Assembly: GCA_965285935.1 (NCBI GenBank)
Contig: OZ260666.1
Coordinates: 38,192,001-38,256,000 of the forward strand
DNA: 64,000 bases
Source: Ophelia neglecta
Lineage: Eukaryota
Direction: 5' to 3'
Below the pieces are notes generated by a model. That model saw only the letters and a program-made list of their open reading frames with translations, had not been told where the DNA came from and made no database searches. Below are positions 38,490 through 52,110 of this stretch, piece by piece; position 1 is the stretch's first letter, and the number at the start of each line of letters is the position of its first letter. A program made the position numbers and the translations under genes.

Positions 38490-39643
38490 TAGTTTGACGA
38501 CTCCTTCGTCCTTGGCCGTTCAGTTGGTTTGCCGTCTTGTTGGAGAGGGCGGTCTTTGTTCTGATAAGTAATACCATCCTTTTTACCAGACCATCTATTT
38601 TTCAATATACCCTTCTGTGATGGACAGTCAGGGCTTTTATGGCCAACACCTGAACAATTAAAGCACTTAACGTCCCTAGTTTGTCCCTGTTTGTTATCTC
38701 TGCGATGACTGGACGAAGTTTTAGACCTACCACCAGACTCCAAACTAGAGTCTGACGAAAATCGGTCCAACATCTTTTCCATCAAAGTTGACATTTGTTT
38801 CTGTTGATCTACAATGGTTTTCAACAGCGAAGATTCTTTTGGTTCGTTTATCCAATTTGCCTGCACCTTGACAGGTTTGGCGGTTGATTCACCGTCATGA
38901 GTCCACTTGATGGCTTTATCACGAAACTCATAGAATTTAAGAGTAGGTTGTTCCTCGTCCAATCTACGCAGATCTCTTTTCAGGTTTTCATCACAAATCC
39001 CTTCGCTAAACCTTTCTTTCAAGGCAGTATCTATTTCATGCCGAGACATACCAGTTTCTCTCTGTATCTTATTCATGATGCTTATGAGGCGAATGGAATA
39101 AGAATGCAGAGACTCCTCTTTACTTTGCACCTTAGTATAAAATTGATGCTGTAAAGCAGACACAGACTGATGACCTCCAAACACCTCAGTGATGATATCA
39201 AGTACACTGTGGACAGGTGTGCGACTGTTGCTACGAAACTTAACTTCGCGGCGTACATCGCCAGAAAGGTGGTCAACCACAAAGAAATGCTTTTCTTCAT
39301 TAGACATGCTTCTTTGCGAGTCAAGGTAAGAAGACATATCATTTACCCAATCATCAACATCCGGGTCATTAGGTTTCTCTGGTTTACCAGACAACTTGGA
39401 GAAACGTTTTTCTCTAGCAACAACGATGGTAGGGCCCTGGTTGTAGGAGCCACCCTGCTCAAAAGCACCATCCTGAGACCGACCAGAGGCTAAATCCTTA
39501 CGCGCACCATCAACTACCGGCTCAGGTTTTACCTCTGAAAGACTCGCCCTAAGCTTAGTGATCTCCTGCTTTAGACTCAGGAAATTTTCTTCTGTAAATT
39601 CCCCTGATCCTAACTTATTAGGGTTCTCATCATCACCTGACAT
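38489..39643 (-). CDS. gag: Gypsy Gag with CCHC zinc knuckle
   Basis: ATG at 39643 (MSGDDENP); capsid-like region; CFNCSGVGHKSPDC knuckle; pol follows in the -1 frame at the gag stop. Confidence 0.92.
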   Translation of the reverse strand: MSGDDENPNKLGSGEFTEENFLSLKQEITKLRASLSEVKPEPVVDGARKDLASGRSQDGAFEQGGSYNQGPTIVVAREKRFSKLSGKPEKPNDPDVDDWVNDMSSYLDSQRSMSNEEKHFFVVDHLSGDVRREVKFRSNSRTPVHSVLDIITEVFGGHQSVSALQHQFYTKVQSKEESLHSYSIRLISIMNKIQRETGMSRHEIDTALKERFSEGICDENLKRDLRRLDEEQPTLKFYEFRDKAIKWTHDGESTAKPVKVQANWINEPKESSLLKTIVDQQKQMSTLMEKMLDRFSSDSSLESGGRSKTSSSHRRDNKQGQTRDVKCFNCSGVGHKSPDCPSQKGILKNRWSGKKDGITYQNKDRPLQQDGKPTERPRTKESSN

Positions 39644-41256
39644 GGTGTCGGTAGGTCTATTAGCTGTTTCACAAAAAAACAAGGGGGATTAAAGATGTAC
39701 GAACCTAAGGGTTTCACCAAGAAAGAACACCGAGAGGGTTATTCAGTCTACCTATAGTGAAGCTATTTGGGAAACATCAATGGAAGCTTCAACATCTCGT
39801 GGTTACCTACAGCTTATTGCCATCTCATTCATACAGATAGCTTCTACATATATGTAATATCATTAAATATCAAAGTCATTCAACATTCATGTAAGTAATT
39901 TTCAAAATTAAATAGCAAAGTCATTCATAATTATCAATTAAATATCAAACATTCAAAAGCAAAGTTATTCAATTTCATACAAGTACATTCTAAACATTCA
40001 CTTGCAAAACACATTCAATTTTCATCAAAGTAAATATAAACATTCAAGACAATTTCTAGTTGCAAACCAAATTTTTTTTTTTTTTTGATAAATTTAGAGC
40101 AACATAATTATTACACAATATAATTCGCCTTATTATTTACATTCAATATCCATGCACTTCGGAAAGCACACAGTCACAATGATAGGAAACCAATAGACAG
40201 CTGATTACAACTATCAATCTGACAATCGTTTTACGTTTTGCAATAAAATTCAAAATCCATTCAAGCACACAATTATAACTATAATGACTCAACAGGATAA
40301 CAGTTCGAGATACAGTGCATTGTTGCTGGCAACTAATCGAAACAATACAAGTCATTCCAATATATAAACATGCATCCGTACACACAATCATTATCCATGG
40401 TTATAGACACAAGTTCAAAAGTTAGTACACAAAAGCGAAATCAGGACAGCAAAAAGTTCTCAAGTAATCATCAGTAGCAACAAGTAATTAAAACAACAGA
40501 ACCAATTCAGAAATAATTAATAATTCATATGGTACTAATGGTTACCTTCGAATGTCGGTTCACCCACGTGTATTTGTTGTCAATGTTTATGTCTGAGGTC
40601 AATCACGGCGTCGTAAAATGTTTGACACGATGTTAGTGACCATAGGACTTTATGTCAGCTACTATTGACAAGTATCTACCGGGGACAACAATTTTTAGTT
40701 GAGTGGAGTAAGTTGCATTTTAAACTGAAAATTTTGTCGAATACCTGCTGATAAAGTTCCGATAGTAGATTGACGAGTCTTCAATGTACACACAAGTTCG
40801 GAAGTCTGGCCTTCTTCTCGACGATACTCGGCGGTTCCCGTAAGCAGTCTCGACAATTCCGAAGTCGTCGGTCTGCAAGAAGTGACCTCGATCGGCTGGG
40901 AGAGAGGTTCGGCGGCAGTTTTGACCGTAGAGCGAGACAAATGCACGTGCCGAGCCTGGGTTAGTTTAACTGGTCGTGTAGAGCAGTGCAAGTTAATCAC
41001 AGTCACAGTCGAACCATACTGTAAAGCTGGAATTGACTGGCACCTCGACGAACCTAATGTTACTTTAAGTGGGGTCCCATCCTTCTATTGTAGGGCTTCA
41101 ATACTTCTCCGTGGTAGATGAATGAAACGCCTAGCAGGAGCGGCCCTTGACATCCGCCGGACTGAATCTCCAGCGTTCACCATAAGGATCAGAAATTATG
41201 CCATGCCAACGAAAAGCAATGTCCAGAAAATTCACACAACCAAATCGGGCGCCATT

Positions 41257-41847
41257 TGTGGTATTTATATATCCCCTTTTACGTTGACAAAGAGAAAAAT
41301 ACCGGGTTCAAGCATAAAACAGTTTATTACAATGGACATGCAATTCCTTGGCTGGCAATACTTTCCTGGTGTATACAAAAATCTGTAATAAAGATAATGG
41401 AATTTATCACAACCAACAATGCTCTTTCATAATTACAATTTACACCGGATTACCTTTAGCGGCACCAACTTGGTACAGTTTGTACAATTGACTATTAAGT
41501 TTGCCTTGCCGATTAAGCTAGCCTTCTAAGTGAAATATAATATATATTTTATACAAGAATTGTATATGTTTTTATGACAATGAATTAGGAAAAAGAATTT
41601 ATGTAACCCGTTCGGACTTACCCAGTAATGGACTGGATTTTGTAATGATTCCACAATGAAGGGAAGGCCGGTCCTTCGCCGGTCAATTCAAACGTGGAAT
41701 GATTACTTGGCCGGGCGCTCGGTTACACCTCGCTGAACCGCGGTATTGGTTGCGCCATAGCGGTCAGTTAGGAACCAATATATTAGTCACGCCAACAGTG
41801 GTCATTTGGGGAACTATACAGACTGGCGGGAGACCTACACTCTCACA
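41257..41847 (-). repeat. 5' LTR
   Basis: Direct repeat of 33341-33931, followed on the minus strand by the PBS. Confidence 0.95.
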
Positions 41848-42547
41848 CACTACTGCAATATAATTTTAGATGAAGACTTATTTCCTTGTGGGTGAGGTAA
41901 TCTTTAATCTATTGGTGGCGATGGTTATACATATACTGATGCAATAGCCGAATACAATATGAACAATCCTGCTTGTAACTGGATTCTATTCTCACTTGCT
42001 ACACCACTAGATTCTATATAGAGAGGTTTACCACAGGTGTTGGCACTAAGCCGGTCAGTAGAGAAAAAAAATGAATACTAAGGTACCGCGTAGGTTGCAG
42101 TGAGCGACGCCTAGTGGTGGTAAAGTATAACGAACAATCAATATCGGCGGCAATCAAGTGGATAGACGACCGCGGGATATAGTGTCACTAACAGCCCCGT
42201 CTATCGGAACTAGATATTTAAGCGCACATATAGATCTATACTAAGAACAAACCTTGCCAGCCAAGAAACCAATTTAACATCCCACTCCTTCGGTCCACCA
42301 CCCCTAAGGTTCCAGAGCCAAGACCTAAGTCAATAGTTTAAAGCAACCCCTCCCTATAACTCCCATCAATGGTTCAAAATTTTCAACATGGCTATTGCCG
42401 GCTGGAAACGAACCGGGTTTCACATATTTATGGTTTTTTAATCTCTATCCCTAGAGAGCCTAGTTTTACTCTTTGCTCCAACCGCCTACCTACCCTGACG
42501 ATAAAACAGAGAAAATGGACCGCATGCTTGCATGCATATGCAGTTAG

Positions 42548-42631
42548 CACGCGCGCGCGTTCATATATTGAACGCGCGCGCGTTCATTCACGCGCGCGCG
42601 TTCATTCACGCGCGCGCGTTCAATATATGAA
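42548..42631. repeat. (CG)5-rich palindromic repeat cluster
   Basis: Four ACGCGCGCGCGT blocks; 24-bp perfect inverted arms at 42560-42583 and 42608-42631. Confidence 0.85.
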
Positions 42632-45600
42632 AAAATACACAAAATATACAGTCTCTAAAAACTCATATGACTCGTCATCAGGGCCCCTTGAACAAAGACA
42701 AATGAAAAAAGTCCACATAAACAATATAATAATTTATTTCCAAATTGAAATTCAACACTCAACTGTTATGAAATACATCTCCTCAGTCAGCCAAAGACAT
42801 GTCTGACAGTTTGACAAAAACCAAATATGTTAAGGCAGTGAAAAGTGTACTGAGTAGTATAGTACCTACAAATACACACCCTGTAGGTGTCTCATTGATT
42901 ATTGAGAGGTGCACACAGCAACATTTAATTTTTGCATTTGCTTGGACACACAAACATTTATGTCCATCATGTATCTTGAAACAAAAGCTATGAATTTCTT
43001 CAAAATTTCTGGAACTCTTATGTTGAAGACAAAGAGGGCTGCGACGTACTTGACAACAGATTCTGTAAAGTCTAGGCTCATGTTGCTGATGTTATCCATT
43101 AGTAGGATGAAGTTTGAAGACGTATAACCACTGTACCCATTTGTTTTGAGAATATACAGCTCCGGGCCCTCTCTCTGAAACAAAGTACATGGGTAAGGAT
43201 TAAAGTAGAGTCTGTGATTAATGCATAACAATAACGAGTTGCAACTCAATATCTGCAATGTGAGTGACCATCCTCAATTGACTATTTTTCAGCATATGTC
43301 ATGCCACAATATTCTACTCAATGCCATGCATACCAGTGACATGTACAGTAGTGTATAAATGTGTTTACATAAACATGAATATAATTATGTGGTTGTAGAC
43401 TACTGTCTTGCATCCCTAAATAGGTGGAAGATCAGGGATGATCTGGCTAAAAGATGAAGAATGAAAAACAGAAAAACGTAATGTACATCTTGTAGACAGC
43501 CAGCCTTCGGCTCATGAGGCATGAAAAGTTATCATTGTAAACATTTTAATTTTTGATTTGTCATTCATAACTTAGACAAGCAGAAATAGGGACATTTAGG
43601 CACAAGGCAGCTATTGGCAATAAATTTTCTTTGAAAAGGGTATCCCTTTATGCCACTTATATCTTGCCGTTTTACTAGTCCATGTGCCATTCACCTCTTG
43701 TTTTATACATTTCACTATTTGTGATATTTTACATGATGAAAATTAATAAATCAATCAATCAAAGAAAGTCTGAAGCTAGGAACGTTTACAACGTATTTAA
43801 AGTTGAAAGGTGCAACTTTATATCAAAGGAGAAAATCTTACCTTCTTAACAGATAGGAGTGCCTCTGGATCCTCCCCAGGATGACTACTAGTTTGAGAAT
43901 GGAAAAAGCTCCCAGTAAGGCTAATGTTAACAGAAAAAAAGAAAAGAAAAATTAATTCCTTGTATTGAAGTAGTGCTCTGCGAAGGTACATTAAATATAC
44001 ATAAGGTGTAGTTGATCACATCTGGTTCATTTTGTAAGTGATAGCCATAACATAAGGGGAAGTGTAGAGAGACCTATGGCTAGGGGAGGGAGGCAGATTG
44101 AGTTATCACTGAAAAAGATAAAGAAATCTATGACGAATTGACACCTCATCCCTGACTCCCTCCCTAAAACGTCCAGTGATCAGACTTAAAGAGGCTCACT
44201 AGTATTAATAGCAGGTTCCATCATATAAGAATTTTTTTTTTGAAAATGCAATAGGTTAAATTTTTAGAACTTATTTGTACATATATAATGATAGGCATTG
44301 CTAAAGGTAGAGCCAGGTTTTCCCCTTGTTTTCCTGATTTTTCCTCTTTCCTTGTATTTTCAAAAGCCTCTAATTGTTTTAATAGTATGGATGGACTGCA
44401 ATATTTTTTGCACAAATTTAATGCCTAGCAAAAATGATAAAAGTTGAACTTTTTGCATTCTCTAAAAAATCTCTTACTACTATCGAGCCTCCTTAATTCA
44501 TTACATTCATATGTGATTTTAAAAAGAATATTTGAATGCACTGAGTGGAGCGCTTTAATTTACCATACTTTTTTGTTATAAACCACAACACATTAAGAAT
44601 TATGTTTATATTAAACAGCTAATACTTATTGGTAAAATTGTAATAATTAAATTTAAGAAAGCTAATCACCCCAATTTACTAAGTCTGTTTGCTTTGAATG
44701 TTCAATTTGTAATTTATCTTGAATTGTAGCTAATAACTGTTATATTCTGTTTATTATGTAATACTGTTTAATGTATAAACAGACGTGATGTATTCTACTG
44801 ACTAATAAATGATTTAAAAAGAAAAAAAATACCTTTTTTTACTAGTTTGTCTTCTTCGATGTTGGCCTCACGAAAAACCTTTATCACCCATTCAGGTACT
44901 CTAACCTTGGTCTTGTATTTCAAGATGGCGGGGGCATACTTGTTTATCGAGCCCAGGAATATTTGTCCAGCTCCTGAGGATTTTTGGGTTGTAGCCTGGC
45001 ATACTCCTTCGCAAGCTAAAAAAGATCATGCAGTTTAAATAGTTGCAACTGAACCATAATTGCATGTACTGTACATCACTTAGTGTGAAAGGAGCTTTAG
45101 TTTTAGTAAAGTACCCTATTGTACATGTAGAGTCAAACTGAGATGCATCACAACAGGCCTGCTGCCAAACAAATATTGAAAACAGGCTTTGAAGCTAACT
45201 TTCTGGTTAACTAGACTGGACCCTGTGGCCCCGGTCTACCTGACCATAAGATTTACTAGACTGAGCCATTTTTTATTAGACTGAATATAATACTCAACCA
45301 ACCTTAAATTTAAACGCATTTAACATCACTGCCTTTTAAATTGGCGCCACTGCACCGTAATGGATATCAATATCATGGTTTGGAAATTCCCACTGGTTCC
45401 CTGTGTGTTTGCAGAAGACAGTAACCAGTGCAGTGTACAGCTTGTGGGAAACCAGCCTAATATTGCGCATACTGCCCCCTGTCGGCCGGTGGGACGACTG
45501 AGATGGCAATGCAGGGTAGTTTTAATGGGAACATTAAGGCGACTTGACCATTTTTTACTAGACTCAGTCGGACAGTCGCACGTTAGCTTCAAAGCCTGTG

Positions 45601-48600
45601 AAAATTTAGAAACTGAGTATAAATGTGTTACCCCTTGTCCCCTCACAAGCCAGGGGTACTTGTTGATAATGGCAGCAGCGGGGTGGAGCCCATCCAATAT
45701 CATATTTCTCCTATCGTACAAGGTCAGCTCCATTAGTGTTTGTACAGTTCTCATATCTGGAGACTTCTAACGACCTTCATCTTGTAGCTTCTAGCAGAAT
45801 AAATGCATATTAATTAAGGGGAATGTATATTGATAAATGCATATATATATTCAATTGAATACATACATCTAGGCCTACATATCAAATGTAGGCCTATACT
45901 CTTGTATTTCCCCTGGGTGATGGGGACCTTAGTACTGTAGGACATTAAAGGTATGTTTCTGCTGGAAAATATGGATCTACTATATGTACCTAAAATCAAG
46001 CACATGCATACTGTATAATCCAACCCTGAAGGTGTTCATGGGTAAAGTGAATGTCAAGCTACCCACTAGTACCCTGTGTTTAGGAGCTTGCTATTCAAAC
46101 AAGAAAACAATTTGTGTGCTGAAAGGCAGTTTCATCCCCAAAATAGTACCATTCTCCATTGCAATGCAAAAACTCCACAACGTCAAGGTCTTAATAATGA
46201 ACTAAGTCATACCAAATCACTCGGTTAAGGCAGTAAAAATATGTCAGACAAAAGTTTGTGTAGTTGACCGCAACATTGGCACCCGAGGCAAAGCCGCTCA
46301 CTGAAGTCGGGCTGCCAATAGAGTGCAGTGCCCTCAAAAAACATGGCTATTGCTTTATTACTGCCCAGGCATAGAATAGGCGAGGGCACCAATGACTATG
46401 AAGGACTGCCAGTCATTAATGGAGTGGCGAAAAAGAAGCAGAATGACCAGTGAATTCACTTACTTTAATGTGTAACTGTATGGAGAAATCATCTTCTGAG
46501 TGTGGTCTTGACACTGGGCTGTAATTCTTAAAATCATATCTAGCACTGATTGCAGTTTCATCTTTGGAGTTCAGATCTGGAAGTGCCTCTTCCTGGTCAT
46601 CCTCGGCTTGCTGGTCCACTGAGCCTGCTTCCTGTACATTAGTTTCTTTTTCAGGGCTGACTTTCAGTTTCTTCCTTTTTATTACTTCAGTATTGCCACT
46701 GTCATGCCTCCTTCTCATGTTTTGGAATGTGAAAGTTAACTTTGTTTGCCAGTATACCTATTATATAGAAGAAAGGTCATGAGTCATTGAAGTAGAGTGA
46801 TTAAATAAATTCATCTGTATTGAACACCAGGAAATTTTTATCCTACAATATTCAGTTGGGGTTTGCATAGCAATAATCAGTTAATTTGCAACTATCTTTG
46901 CAGCAAAAACAAGGAATCTAAACAAGTGCCAACAAGTAGCATTTTCACTTCTTCGGTGTGCATATATGTGTTAGATAACGATGATTTTGTATGTAAAATC
47001 TGCTAGGATGGCTTTCTACGTTCAATATATTAAGTTGGTTTAATTGCCAGTGATAAACCAGGAGACCTGTGCCAGCCACAGGCTGCATAATTATGGCAAG
47101 ATGACCAATTTCTAACATAGCAAAAGAGGCAAAAGAGGCAAAGAGGCATGCAAACATCCTTAACTATGGAAAACACTAGGTTATTGCAACAGTGCAGTGG
47201 CGGACCAAGGAATTTTTCACTGATGAACAAATTCAAAGTGAGATCATTGAGGGATATTTTTTCAGTAGTATGACATTCAGTACTACAGTTATAGTACAAA
47301 CTGTGCAAAAGGTCGGGTTTTATGACCGATGCATGTGACTGATTCACACCATTGTTGGACCGATGCCAATGAAGCACAAATCTCATTTCGGTAATGTATG
47401 TCCATGGGTCAGACAGGGCTGGATATGCTCCTGAAAGTGTAAGGAACATGGTAATATTTCAATCTAATAAAACAATACAATTTTTAAGCTGAAGTATATC
47501 TGAATTACAAAGGCATCCTCATATCCACATTTGCTACTGTATTGAGGGAAGGCCTGTAGTATCAAATCAGCAGCTTTCTTATACTGTGAAGACTTTGGGT
47601 ACCTGTTCAAGATGTGAATTGTAATGCAGAAGGGGAGCAAGATATTGATTATTTACATAAATCATGAGTGAGAAGTAAAACAATTTATATTACATATAGA
47701 GATTATGAGCTCAATTCTGTTTTACAGGTACCATATCCCTTCATTCCCTTGGAGTCAGGGCCCATAACCAAGTAAATGGGCCTACCTATATTAGTACCAG
47801 ACTGGCCTAAATTTAGACTTGCCTGTAAATACCCATGTCTGAGTTAACATCCTCCACCAAATTCTGTATACATCTCAATTTGAAAGCCAAGGGTGTCAAA
47901 ATGGACAAATATGGTAGACCAACAGTGGAACCCAGAATCAAAGACTGCACAAAACATGGCAAAACATGGCTTTATATTGGAAACAATTCTCAATGTTGGC
48001 CCTGTGTGGGACCATGAAAGTCCACCCTTGACCCCTCATTTATTGCCGCAAAAATATTGTCTTTTGTCAGGGGTTGAGCTGTACAGTATATTCATGGGGC
48101 CATCCATGTCATTGTCTGCGTGGCCAGAAGGTAATCAGTTTCAGATAACCTTGGCCTACAGTATACATCTAAATTATATCATAGAAACTCACTTTAGGCT
48201 AAAAAGTGATTGAGTCAAGCTATTTTTATAGTTCATTCAAAGTTGTTTATGGTTATAAATTACAATGAAAACTACTTACACTATTTTGTTTTTAGCAGCG
48301 TCATGGTAAAAGGCCCTTGAAATGTAGTGATCATCAGACACCTGACATCAAGCTTCCAAATCTTCCAGGACTGACTGTGGAATGGCATACCTTGGCAGCT
48401 GGTATGGCCATGATACACCGGACATACTATAAAAAATGTTCACATTAAATTTACAGTCATCTATGGCCGATTACTGGCACATGTATAGCAACAAGTACAA
48501 CACTGCTACAACAATAAGGCCCTGGAGTATCTAGTTTTTGCAGTATACCAATTACAGCAGTTATTGAAATTTGGAAAACATAAAAAACGATAAAAACATT

Positions 48601-51029
48601 AAAGGCTATTTTGTTACAATTAGATTTCAGACATATCAAATCTATTATCATATGTATATGGACACCAATCCATTGATTTGTATAGTAAAGTTATATTTCA
48701 ATATCATACCAGGGTTTTGGATCAACTCCATTCACTGGGCAAACACTTGTGGCTTCAGATACACTGCAATTTAAAACAGACTGAATATATTTAGAACCGA
48801 TTAAATCAAAACCATTAACATTATGTACATCTTTAAAACATGCTAAATGACTCTTTTCCATTAATTTCAACATAAATATGATATACTTGATTGCAGTCGC
48901 ACACTCATCAATTTTGGGTAAGATGTACCTCGGACAAGTAAATATTTCATCCTACTCTCCCGATCTGACATGTGAAATTTAAACTGTTGACATAAAATAC
49001 TAGTATTTGGCCAAGTGAATTGAGTCACAGGACGAGTAAGTGGTAGAGTCCACTACTCACTGCACAAGCGAATATTTCCCCCACTTTTAGGCACTGTACA
49101 TGGGGTTTTATTTCATGGCAACAAATTGTTGGGTGCATATTGCAAAGGCTGACATTTATTAACTGTCAAAAATATATATCCCAAAATAGTTTTCTTCTTT
49201 GTCAGCTTGCCCTGTTACAGCCAGCCATTTTCAAATTTACATCCAGGGCAGGGGCATCTCATGTCCCCTTACTGTCAAGATTAAAAGCCAAAGCACAGCA
49301 TTGCACATTGTGTAAAACATGTCAACTCCCACCTACTAGTAGAGCTTTTCATCCTTATGTGTATCAGATATAAATATGCATGGACATGTATGTAAAAATA
49401 TGTCTTACAAACAGGTATATTAGGTAATATGAGATTTGAAACCCTGATGTCAAACAATGTCAAACTACAAAATTAAAATGCCTTTGGAGAAAAACCTAGG
49501 TAAAACCTTAAATTTTACCGAACTGAGCTTTACTCAGGTATAGACTAGGGCTAGGTGGAAGCTGCGAACACTGGTGTTTATTATGATGTAGTTAAATGTA
49601 TCAACCTGGCTCTAGGGTCACATTCACTCATTGGTTCAACACTGGCTGGTACAGATGCACTGTAATAAAAACTGCTGGCTAGTTATAATGTTTTTCATGA
49701 CAGACAGCAGGTAAATATTATACATTTCACAGTCTACATGTATATGACTGAATCCATATTTAGAATCCATTTGAACAACTTACATGATCTGTTACAGACT
49801 AACACATGTTTATCACAAGAATATTCACCCCCGGGAAGGCACTCCCCACATTTGCCTATTTTAATTGACAAAATGATCAATAACATAATATGTGGAACAG
49901 AGGGACTTTGCACAAGCATGTTTTGGACAAATTATTCTTCTGTTATGTCCATGCTTTAATCGAAAATGCTTCAACCACAATGTACATGTGTTTGTTTGAA
50001 ATTCACAAAACTGACACAGAAACATCTCAACAGGTATCTACATGTAGTTCTTTGGCATGACAGTGAAACCAGATCTGGATTAGAATAGGGATACCAAAAA
50101 AGACACCACTATAGTATAATATCATTGTGCATGTTTTAAAATAATAGCACATGTAAATCTGATATAAGCTTACTCATGCACTTCGCTCAATGCCATTTCA
50201 AAGTCTTCCTCACTGTCTGTCAGGGATTCTGAGCCAGTTTCTTCGTCGTCTGACTCAACATTGGATGATATCAACTGAAAAATAATAGATACATATTTAA
50301 ATACGATTTATTGCATACTAGCCAATTATGAAATGTTGGCAAGTGGCTATGTTACCTCACAAGGCGATACCATTTGCATGTGCCCCTCTAGGCCACAGTG
50401 TCACAGTATGCGACATTAAATTACAAGATTTGTAGACTTTCAGTCTATGAAATCTTTAATGTTGATAGACCTTAGTAAATTATTAAATACATGAAATTTC
50501 TTTCTTGTAGAAATTAAATTAAATAAATTAAATTTTGTCATTCGCAAAAATTGCTCAAAAAAGGCCGCAAAAATTTTTGTGCTTTACAGTATTGATTCAT
50601 TGCAAAGTAGTGCACCCTCCCCCTTATGCGGGAATTCAACAATTGGTCTTAGACCTAATAAAGTGAAATTATATATATTAAGTCTAGAAATACTAATCTA
50701 GTGTCCACTCCGGGGCCCTCCTTCAGGTTATAAACATGTTAGCGTGCTAAATTACTGGTATCATATGTATTTGTAAAAATCTAACAGCTTAGAAGGAGAA
50801 TCTAAAAGGCATCCCTCACGCACTGGGTATGGGCCTCAAAAAATTTAAAGATACTGGAAACATCACCAAAAAATACTGAAAGGAGGCATCAGGATGGCAA
50901 TTCACCCAGGAGTGGGGCATGGTTATTGAGATTTTGCCTAAAAACAGGGGTATGGCTACATGGAAAATTCATGAAACAAATAGATCTATACCAGTGCTAG
51001 GGACAAATTTTTGTCCTTCACCAGACATT

Positions 51030-51094
51030 TGTGTATTATTCGGGCAGGTAAAAAATTATCTTAAACCGTAATGTTTACCTGCCCGAATAATACA
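51030..51094. repeat. 22-bp perfect inverted repeat (MITE remnant)
   Basis: GTGTATTATTCGGGCAGGTAAA...TTTACCTGCCCGAATAATACAC. Confidence 0.7.
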
Positions 51095-51484
51095 CTCTAG
51101 TTTAAAATGTGACTCCGGGTGAGCCTACTGTAATGTGTATTTGGTTTTTATATTGGTTTATTTACATAATTGTATATAAAGTTCCATAATTAAAATTGGT
51201 ACTGTTGCAATTAGGAGTTGAATTAATATTTGGCTGCCATGTAAAGGATGGACCATTTGACATTGGGGGGAGGGGGGGGGGGGGTAGATAAAAAACTGTT
51301 CCCATGACAATTATTTTTTTTCAAATCTTTGCCAAAGAAACTTTTTTTCTGCTCCCTCAAGTATCAAAAATTTATTTCACCACCAGGTAATTTGACCTTT
51401 TTTTCTCATGTAAATTTGCATATTCATAAGGTGTTTTGGGTCCTCTGCATTTGAGTGGGAGCACGGCCTCGGACCACTGCCAAT

Positions 51485-52110
51485 AATGTACGCTGATGAT
51501 ACTGATTTATCCAGTACATTGCACACATTTAAAGGTATAAATTCTCACCAGGAAATTACTAATACTATAGATATTCAGCTTGTTTGATTAAGTGTCTGGT
51601 TAAAGTTTAATAAATTATCCTAAAATTCTTCAAAATCTAAATTAATGATTTTGCATATGCCCCTAAATATATCAAACCTGTTGTAAAGATAGATGGAGTA
51701 TTTCTGAAATGTGTAGACAATTTAAACTTTTTGGGAATCAACTTCAATAAACACCTTGATAGGATAAACCATGTTTATAAAGTTGGTAATAAAATATCAT
51801 AGGCAATAGGAATAATGAGCAGGTTAAAAATATATTGGCCCGACACATTCTAGTCACTCTTTATCACAAATTACAATTGCCACACTTTAATTATTGTATC
51901 CTTGCATGGAGGCTTCAGGTTGATAGATTAAGTAAACTGCAGAAAAAAACGGTTCGAATAATTCCTTTCAGTAGGTATAATGCGCATTCAGAGCCACTGT
52001 GGAAAGAACTTAAACTTCGACAGATTGAGGATCTTAACTTATAAACTCATTCTGCTAAAGTTCTATTATAAATGTGCTATCATTATGCTACCTGAATGTT
52101 TTAGGTCATT
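51485..52110 (+). pseudogene. Non-LTR (CR1/L2-clade) RT 3' remnant
   Basis: MYADDT, WLKFNKL, FKLFGI, LPHFNYCILAW, LQKKTVRII, YNAHSEPL motifs with stops and frameshifts; inside intron 1 of the SAMD3-like gene. Confidence 0.8.

Larger units (their letters stand above)
33341..41847 (-). mobile_element. Full-length Ty3/Gypsy LTR retrotransposon
   Basis: Two 591-bp TG...CA LTRs (33341-33931, 41257-41847) that look identical by eye. 4-bp TSD CACT (33337-40, 41848-51). PBS TGGCGCCCGA next to the 5' LTR, purine-rich AAGCTGGGAAGTG before the 3' LTR. Intact gag and pol. Confidence 0.97.
29375..41870 (-). mobile_element. Older non-autonomous Helitron-like element hosting nested insertions
   Basis: 3' end CTAG at 29375 shares CTAGCAGTGACCCGTGG with the inner Helitron end. 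Candidate 5' end TCTAAAATTATATT at 41870 with an A|T target. Contains a ~165-230-bp tandem unit. The 5' end is less certain. Confidence 0.45.

Noticed and set aside
34103-39493. Multiple plus-strand ORFs over gag/pol
   Set aside because: Antisense shadows with no recognisable motifs.
42548-42631. CRISPR-like repeat array
   Set aside because: Eukaryotic context, spacers are tiny and non-unique, and there are no cas genes.
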